DNA from: Octopus sinensis
Lineage: Eukaryota
DNA: 58,390 nucleotides
Assembly (NCBI RefSeq): GCF_006345805.1
Contig: NW_021833620.1
Location: 1 to 58,390 of the forward strand
Direction: 5' to 3'
The notes beneath the pieces are model-generated. The model searched no databases and was not told the DNA's origin. It worked only from the letters and a program-made list of their open reading frames with translations. Below, piece after piece: positions 50,626-58,390 of this stretch (its first letter is position 1; each line of letters starts with the position of its first letter). The position numbers were made by a program, and so were the translations under genes.

Positions 50626-51178
50626 ATATACATACGTACGCATACATGCGCACATACACTCACACAATCCCACACATATATGCATTGTAAAATATTAATG
50701 GTTTTCTTGTTTTGAAGTTTTCGTTCCTCTTATATAAGAGTCAGAAAGTTTTTCGTGAATGGCGTTTGTGAATTTATATTTTCCCCAATGTTTGTCTTTT
50801 TTTTAATTTCACCGGAAGTCGTCGCGATGTTTATGAGAGTGCGCAGCTTTTCCCGTTAGTATGTTTCATTATAATATTCGGGTCGTTTGCTTTGATCTAA
50901 CAATCAATCTGAGCGAGTATCTTTCAGAGTATCATTACCTTGTTATTGTCACATACGGAGTCTGGTATGTGCTTAGACCACTGATTTTATATTTCTTTCA
51001 TCTTCACGTCGGAGCGTTAGCATATTCCCCCCAATAGACATAGTTACATACGTGGACATGTCTGTGAATATATTTTCTTTCTCAAAAGACAACATTGTCG
51101 CTAGGAAACGATGTGGTCAATTGTTATTTTATGTTTATTGCTTCGTTTCTTTTGTTTCATTATTTTACCTTCATACTC

Positions 51179-51470
51179 GCGTGGCTTAGTGGTTAGGGCA
51201 TTCGGCTTATGATCGTGAGGTCGTGAGTTCAATTCCTGGCAACGCGTTGTGTCCTTAAAGCTGAAACACTTTATTTCACGTTGCTCCAATCCACTCAGCT
51301 GGCAAAAAATGAGTTGCACATGTATTTCAAAGGGCCAGCCTTGTCACATTCCGTGTCACACTGAATCTCTCTGAGAACTGCGTTAAGGGTACACGTGTCT
51401 CTGGAGTGCTCAGCCACTCGCATATTAATTTCACGAACAGACAGCTGGGACCCTCGTCGTCGTAACCAAC
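51179..51470 (+). mobile_element. Chimeric SINE: type D head and body with type C tail
   Basis: gtggcttagtgg...gagttcaattcc, D body, then tatttcaaagggccagccttgtcac...ggagtgctcagccac (C tail). Confidence 0.8.
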
Positions 51471-51928
51471 TCCTTAGCTTATTAGCTTTCATACATTTTG
51501 TGTGTGTGTGGATAGTCTAAGATTTTGCGTTGCTAAAACCAGACCTTACATTCCGTTTTTACTCTAGACATTTAAACTGATGTTTGACCTAATTTATTCT
51601 ATCTCGTAGGCTATTGATCAGCGTGAGGTTATCACCTACTCTCCCACCTCAGTAGTTTAGAACTTCCGATTCAATTTAATATTTTCTTTTTATGTTATTT
51701 CATCTCTTAAGTTTATCTACAGGGTAAACCTCAATGTAATTACATTGGAGTTTCTACTATATTGTGTAGACATATAGTTAATTCTATTATGTAAAGATTT
51801 GTTTTATGGTGTTTTAACAAACAAACTAATCAATCGCCATTTATTACATTCTTCGATACTTTTTATAGACAAATTTTGGTTCCTCTATAGGTTTTGTTTC
51901 TTCTCTGCTTGTATCACCCCACGCGCAC

Positions 51929-51980
<52 letters not shown>

Positions 51981-51983
<3 letters not shown>

Positions 51984-52222
51984 CGCAGGAGTGCGGTGTG
52001 GTAAGTAGCTTGCTTACCAAGAACATGGTTCTAGGTTCAGTCCCACTATGTGGCACCTTGGGTAAATGACTTCTAGTAAGTCGAATGGCCAATGTAGAAG
52101 GTTTCTCTTTGACTCGAAAATTTGGCCTCAGCGGAATTTCAACTCAGAACATTTAGACGCACGAAATGCTGCTAAACGTTTTGTTCGGCGTGCTTATTAT
52201 TCCGCCAATTCGCTGCCTTTCA
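51981..52222. mobile_element. SINE type A head (+, 51981-52075) abutting a SINE type B fragment (-, 52090-52222)
   Basis: ggcgcaggagtgcggtgtggtaag head; gcggaatttcaactcagaac. Confidence 0.75.
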
Positions 52223-52249
52223 TATTACAAGTAGTTTTGTTGAGGAAGT

Positions 52250-52902
52250 TTCTAAGCTGCCGCCTTTTGTAAGAAAGGTGGGTCAACAATTACTCTTTTA
52301 CTTGTTTCAGTCATTTGACTGTCACCATGCTGGAGCACTGCCTTTAGTCGACCCCAGGACTTATTCTTTGTAAGCCTAGTACTTATTCTATCGGTCTCTT
52401 TTGCTGAACCGATAAGTTACGAGGACGTAAACACAGCAGCATCGGTTGTCAAGCGATGTTGTGGGGACAAACACAAACGCACAAACACACACACATATAT
52501 ATATACATATATACGACGGGCTTCTTTCAGTTTCCGTCTACCAAATCCACTCACAAGGCATTGGTTGGCTCGAGCCTATAGCAGAAGACACTTGCCCAAG
52601 GTTCCACGCAGTGGGACTGAACCCGAAACCATGTGGTTGGTAGGCAAACTACTTACCACACAGCCTCTCCTACGCCCTAATCAATTAGTTTACATTAAGT
52701 CGTACATCCATCCTTGTTACTAGAAGATGGAAATGTTTGTCCCGGAGACGGCTTGAGAAAATTTTGAAATTGCTGGTGCTTTTCTGATGGTCTGCAGGAT
52801 GAGAAGATAAGTTACAGACCAGCTGATGACGTATCACCGAAACGCGTTGCTCACATGTTCAAAATGTTGTACTTTCTTACAAATGGCGGCAGCTTAGAAA
52901 AC
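52250..52902. mobile_element. ~33 bp inverted arms enclosing a type A SINE and a hammerhead-like core (52823-52848)
   Basis: tttctaagctgccgccttttgtaagaaag (~52251-52279) vs ctttcttacaaatggcggcagcttagaaa (~52872-52900); CTGATGA-cgtatcacc-GAAACGCGTT with palindromic ACGCGT. Confidence 0.55.
52291..52677 (-). mobile_element. SINE type A, full length
   Basis: Tail to head motifs. Confidence 0.9.
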
Positions 52903-53390
52903 ATTTTCATGTGTAACTTCAGCCGAGACACCGGAACAATGCAGAGGGTGGATGTGATCAAAAGCAGAGAATAACATAATATGACTGAATTCCTAGATAG
53001 GCTCTTAAACCTTCGTCTTGTGTAACACCACCGCCTATACTTGCGGTGAAATTAAGCAGAGTCCATTGTGTTGCAAGCTTTTGTCTCAGTATAAATTTGA
53101 GGACGCCTTCATCTGTCTCTCCTTCCACTAATCTCAAAGGCTCTGGAAAGGATCAGGGGTGCTCCCTTTTCTGCTGACTAAGTGATAGAAATAAAACAGC
53201 GCCAGATATTTGTATTTAAATTAGGCTCTGCTGCCTCAGAATGCTACCAAAATTAAAATGAATTCAAGGCCCCCTTTGAGTTAGTCTATTGCAGTTCTGA
53301 GCAGCCAAAAGTCTGAGATCGTTTTCGTCTTTCCTTCAGTTGGTTTACTGATCATTAATAGTAAGTCTTCAAGGCTATGAGAAAATTGGT

Positions 53391-53394
<4 letters not shown>

Positions 53395-53435
<41 letters not shown>

Positions 53436-53676
53436 GGGAGAGAGAGAGGAGAGAGAGAGGGAGAGAGAGAGAGAGGCAAGAGGAGGGCAAGAGAGAGAGA
53501 AGGAGAGAGAGTGTGTGTTGGAGAGGGAATTTGCAAAATATAATAGTGCAAAGGAAAAAGAGAAACAAGACAGAATTTGCACAAAGATGTGTGTATGTGT
53601 GTATTCACACATACATGTATGTACGTATATTATGTGTATATAATATATATATATATATATACATACACACAACACA

Positions 53677-53707
<31 letters not shown>

Positions 53708-53711
53708 TATA

Positions 53712-53760
<49 letters not shown>
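53395..53760. repeat. (GA)n, (TG)/(CA)n and (TA)n microsatellites
   Basis: Direct reading. Confidence 0.9.
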
Positions 53761-53762
<2 letters not shown>

Positions 53763-54021
53763 TGATGCGTATAATGAACAAGGCACCACATTCTGCAGAT
53801 ATTCATTCATCAGGAGACTCTAGATGGTGTTGTTCAAGATGAGTTATTTAATAACATAAAGTGATTGGCTGGACGCGGAGAAGTTGAAACGGAATGAAAC
53901 ACAGAAAGGATTATGTGGATGGATTGCGGCCGGGTGGGTGAGTGGGGAGAGAGAAGAATGAAATGATTGATTGCAGTAGGGCGATAATGATAATATAATA
54001 ATAATATAATAATAATAGTAA

Positions 54022-54062
<41 letters not shown>

Positions 54063-54682
54063 TATAGAAGTATTATCTGCTTAGGGAACTGTTCTTTCTT
54101 TGAGACGCCTTTTTCTTCCAGTAAAGATATTATTATTTTCCACACAAATGGCCGGACTTTCGTATATTGCTGACAGATCAATACAAGTATTTTCGGCAAA
54201 CAGGATATTGGTCTGTACTTTTCGGGAACCGGTTATATTTTTGTTTTGGGGGGAATGGATATTGTTTTTCTAGTCGAATAATTTATTGAATGCCGCAGTT
54301 ATAGGCTCAAGTTGTTGTTATTATTATTGTCGCTGTTGTTGTTGTTGTTGCTACTGCCTTTTTTATTGGTCAACCAAGGTCATCCCTGACTGAAGAAATC
54401 TATAACCAAAGGCATTCCGCTTTTGGCCATCCCGTCGCTTTAGGAGTGTGTGGGACAAAAGTGTCTGATACGTCCTTTATTAAAGATGTCAGGGTGTTAT
54501 TTAAAGATTTTGCTGTTATTTCTAGCAGTTTCAACGACTGCGTAGGCTCCTCAGCTTCGTGCACATGTATTATGTGACTTCACATAAAATGGTGAACCCT
54601 CTTATTTATGAATCCCCTCAATTCTGTTGAGAAATTACCAGTCTGTTATACTGGACCATGCCTGTAGTGACATCGTAAACTG

Positions 54683-54880
54683 TTTGTCCCCCTAGCATTG
54701 CTTGACAACCGATGCTGGCGTGTTTGCGTCCCCGTCACTTAGCGGTTCGGCAAAAGAGACCGATATAATAAGTACTAGGCTTACAAAGAATAAGTCCCGG
54801 GGTCGAGTTGCTCGATTAAAGGCGGTGCTCCAGCATGGCCGCAGTCAAATGACTGAAACAAATAAAAGAGTAAAAGAGTA
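54683..54880 (+). mobile_element. SINE type A 3' half
   Basis: tttgtccccctagcattgcttgacaaccgatgctgg...taaaagagtaaaagagta. Confidence 0.9.
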
Positions 54881-55287
54881 AACAGTTTGAAACTTCGGAT
54901 ACTGGTTGAATGTGTCACGTTGAACACGGTTTACTCTTAACGTTTTTGACAAAACTTTGTATTTTAGAATTATTTCGTGTTAAAGTCGTCGTATTTGGAT
55001 AATTTCAAACAATCAATGACACGTATTCAGCTGAAGAAAGTTGTTAGCGATAGTAATAGAAGAGCAACAACTTCCGGGTCATCGGGTCATGAAAGAGAGA
55101 GTGAGAGAGAGAGAGAGAGGAGAGAAGTGGGAGAAAAGTATAAAATTAAGGTGAGTGAGAAAAACAGAAATTTCTTTTATAGGGAATATAAGTGTGTGTA
55201 CGTTTGTATTTTTCCATCTTATCCAATGTTTCCTCCCGTTTATATCATATTAGTGTGTGACATTGAGAGAGATTTGGCTGTTATTTC

Positions 55288-55600
55288 CAGCGACTCACTG
55301 GGCCCGCACTTGCGGTCAGCTACAAAACTAAGCTCCGCTGCTCGTCAGGCTGAGAAGAGCAAGCTTTCTCAGTATCGGTTGATCTCCTACAGGTATATGG
55401 TCGACCTTGTACAAGAGACTACCGGTGTTCTTGGTCCCCGGAACACATCGCTGCTAAACCACTATCGGAACAAAGATGGCTGTCCGCAAATGCGGGGTCA
55501 GTAAGTCAGAGTGGCTGTTTCAGCGCATCTCCCTAGTTATCCTCCGAGGCAAACCTTTTCCATTTTGTCTACTTGGGGCCAGGGAGGTAACGTATAGCAA
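55288..55600 (+). mobile_element. CRE-clade-like non-LTR element, restriction-like endonuclease C-terminus
   Basis: SAARQAEKSKLSQY...QETTGVLGP...(frameshift)IGTKM...WLFQRISLVILRG matches the CRE pattern AE..K..KY..ET.G..G..L.QRISL...RGN. Confidence 0.65.
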
Positions 55601-55654
55601 CGCTTAACCTAAGAGTTCATGAAAGAGCTTTGTAGAGTATACAGCAACATATAA

Positions 55655-56062
55655 TACTCTTTTACTCTTTTACTCTTTTACTTGTTTCAGTCATTTGACT
55701 GCGGCCATGCTGGAGCACCGCCTTTCGTCGAGCCCCCGGGACTTATTCTTTGTAAGCCCAGTACTTATTCTATCGGTTTCTTTTGCCGACTCACTAAGTG
55801 ACGGGGACGTAAACACACCAGCATCACCTGTCAAGCAATGCTAGGGGGACAAACACAGACACACAAACACACATACACATATATACATATATATACATAT
55901 ATACGACAGGCTTCTTTAAGTTTCTGTCTACCAAATCCACTCACAAGGCATTGGTCGGCCCGGGGCTATAGCAGAATACACTTGCCCAAGATGCCACACA
56001 GTGGGACTGAACCCGGAACCATGTGGTTGGTTAGCAAGCTACTTACCACACAGCCACTCCTG
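55655..56062 (-). mobile_element. SINE type A, full length
   Basis: Tail to head motifs. Confidence 0.9.
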
Positions 56063-56063
56063 T

Positions 56064-56469
56064 AGTTCTATATTTAAGAGATGAGGAAATTACCACCTGT
56101 ATCATCTCTTGTGAAAGGTAGAAGAGTCCAGTTTGCTGGACATTGTTGTAGAGCTGAAAACGTGATAATTTCTACTCTTCTCTGGAAGCCATCTGCTCGC
56201 GATACCAGAGGGCGCACACTCTCTTACCCTGATGTAATCTCCAGGGATACAGGCATCCAGCAACAGGACCTCCGTAATGCTATGATGGACCGTGAAGTCT
56301 GGCGTAACATAGTAAATACCACTGTCTCGACCACAGTCGAACAATGATGATGAGGAGGAATTATGTACATTATTTACATTATTTACATTTGACGGATATT
56401 TGTCCTCGTCTTGCTAGTTGTTAAGAACAAAGAAGAAGCGGATAAATATCTGTCAAATGTAAATAATGT
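56064..56469. mobile_element. Short fold-back element of the 30757-30931 family, hammerhead segment absent
   Basis: gttctatatttaagagatgagga start; arms 56377-56405 / 56440-56469 (acattatttacatttgacggatatttgtcc / ggataaatatctgtcaaatgtaaataatgt). Confidence 0.75.
56088..56348 (+). mobile_element. RTE-type LINE 3' fragment with (TGA)n tail, inserted into the 56064-56469 element
   Basis: RRVQFAGHCCRAENVIISTLLWKPS...GRTLSYPDVISRDTG...DLRNAMMDREVW; GATGAGGA on both sides (56080-56087, 56349-56356). Confidence 0.75.
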
Positions 56470-56539
56470 AAAAAATGAAATGTATAATAGTTTGGGGTGT
56501 TAATTGTTCTTTTCTCTTGTTTTACTCGCTTCTAGTCAT

Positions 56540-56780
56540 TACGCGTTGGCAGAAATGTTAGCACGCCAGGCAAAATGCTTTGCGGTATTTCGTCTACCGT
56601 TAAGTTCTGAGTTCAAATTCCGCCGAGGTCGACTTTGCCTTTTATCTTTTCGGGGTCGATTAAATAAGCAGCAGTTAAGCTCTGGGGTCGATGTAATCGA
56701 CTTAATCCCCCTGTCTGTCCTTGTGTGTGTGTGTGTCTTTGTTTGTCCCCTTTGTGCCCCCTGTGAGCAATAAAGGAAAT
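56540..56780 (+). mobile_element. SINE type B
   Basis: ttggcagaaatgttagcacgcc head, gagttcaaattccgccgaggtcgactttgcc. Confidence 0.85.
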
Positions 56781-56799
56781 AAATATTGTTGTTAGATTC

Positions 56800-57530
56800 T
56801 AATAGTTTCCTTTTTGCATTTGATACCTTTAACCTTTAGAACTCTTAGTCATATCTTGTTTCCGTTTACTTTGTATAAGTTCTTCGTTTCATATAATTCC
56901 CAACCTATTACGTTGAAACTATGGTTTATAACTGAAATGGCTGCTGTCCAATGATCGGACCACATCTATTATCACAGAAGTTCTAGCATCTTTATCGAGC
57001 ATAACGATATAATCCACATTCTTATTTCTTCTGGGTCTTTACCTCCTATAAAATTAATTTTGACAACTTTCGCATGGTTGTGTTCAGAGCACTTTACCAG
57101 TTCTTCCAAACTCTGCGTCTTATATTAATTCCTGGAGTATAATTGATGCAATCTAGACTCTAACCTTTGTATTGTTTCTACACGAAGGTCTTACACTTTT
57201 ATACAAAGTGTATTACACTCTCTTTACTTTCGTTATTAAGTGACATAGTAGCGATATATATCCTCCTTGTTTATTTCTTCTAATTGCGTTCGTCGTTACA
57301 ACCTGTTCTTGAATTATCATTATATTTCCTTCTGTGGTATTCTTCAGATCTCCTTTCCTTAATTGTCTCTTGTTCAAGTGTTCTTGAATGCAGTATTCCT
57401 GAAAGACTGATTTCTCCTTCACTTCTTCTTTACTGGTTTTTGTGATGTCATCTTTTTCTTTCTTGACGTTTATTGTTCTTCATTTTAACACATCTTTCAA
57501 CATTTCATCGTTACTTTCTGACGCATATTT
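56800..57530 (-). mobile_element. Decayed R4/Dong-like non-LTR element (Zn-knuckle + RLE region)
   Basis: Minus strand QLRKGDLKNTTEGNIMIIQEQVVTTNAI, CH...ESV.HF, DYIVMLDKDARTSVIIDV; stops and frameshifts. Confidence 0.65.
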
Positions 57531-57541
57531 GATATACTCTT

Positions 57542-57941
57542 TTTACTAGTTTCAGTCATTTGACTGCGGCCATGCTGGAGCACCGACTTTAGTCGAGCAA
57601 ATCGACCCCGGGACTTATTCTTTTGTAAGCCCAGTACTTATTCTATCGGTCCCTTTTGCCGAACCGCTAAGTAACGGGGACGTAAACACACCAGCATCGG
57701 TTGTCAAGCAATGCTAGGGGGACAAACACAGATACACAAACATATGCACACACATACATATATATATATGCATATATACGACAGGCTTCTTTCAGTTTCC
57801 GTCTACCAAATACACTCACAAGGCATTGGTCGGCCCGAGGCTATAGCAGAAGACACTTGCCCAAGATGCCACGCAGTGGGACTGAACCCGGAACCATGTG
57901 GTTGGTTAGCAAGCTACTTACCACACAGCCACTCCTGCGCC
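57542..57941 (-). mobile_element. SINE type A, full length
   Basis: Tail to head motifs. Confidence 0.9.
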
Positions 57942-58081
57942 TATATCTGCATATTATACAATTACTGTACAGTTTTCTCAGGTTATCAAACCCCTTTCAC
58001 CATCACTGCGTTTGATATCCAGTCAATATCACACTGGTTATGAAGTGTATATCTCTTTCACAACTTTATAGTATTTCTATA

Positions 58082-58390
58082 AACATAGCGCTGCTTCTTA
58101 ATGCAGGAATCTCACGCCATATCGCGGTTCAGCTATCCCGCATTCAATACATCGCTTTTCACCTATTGCGCACTCAGTACATCGCAGATCTTTCTGGCTA
58201 ATATCTGTAAATTTATATCGCGGAATCCTCAGTACATCGCGGATTTCTGCGGCCGATAAATATTTATATTTTTTTAGATTTTAATTATTTCTGTGGGAGG
58301 TTTTGGAACGTAACACCTGCAATAGTCGAGGGATTATTGATTTCCATTGGTTGAAGCGTACGCTGTATCAAATGGCTTTGATACTAAGTG
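58082..58390. mobile_element. pogo/Tigger-like DNA transposon terminus
   Basis: caggaatctcacgccatatcgcgg start followed by repeated (tac)atcgcgg subterminal motifs. Confidence 0.5.

Noticed and set aside
53000-53370. Repeat-free, higher-complexity island as a regulatory element
   Set aside because: Cannot be supported without cross-species conservation or chromatin data

Overview
Very AT-rich, microsatellite-saturated, non-coding animal DNA. The SINE repertoire and repeat style point to a coleoid cephalopod, most likely Octopus; this is inferred from remembered repeat families, not from a search. I recognise no host protein-coding exon, and nearly all ORFs in the supplied track are translations of microsatellites. 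The window is a mosaic of more than 35 copies of four tRNA-headed SINE types, several of them multimeric or chimeric. It also holds decayed Tc1/mariner and pogo-like DNA transposons and fragments of Penelope-like (RT + GIY-YIG), RTE, Tx1/L1, R4/Dong-like and CRE-like retroelements. The main signal is a recurring fold-back architecture: an antisense arm, a short spacer, then a sense arm, with both 3' ends facing outward into microsatellites. It ranges from a ~100 bp hairpin to a 3.7 kb palindromic Penelope-like element with a 27-nt spacer. Several of these units carry type I hammerhead-ribozyme motifs; about a dozen such motifs occur, including a near-intact pair in a 490 bp palindrome and a possible G3:C8 core variant. 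All coordinates were read by eye and may be off by a few bases.
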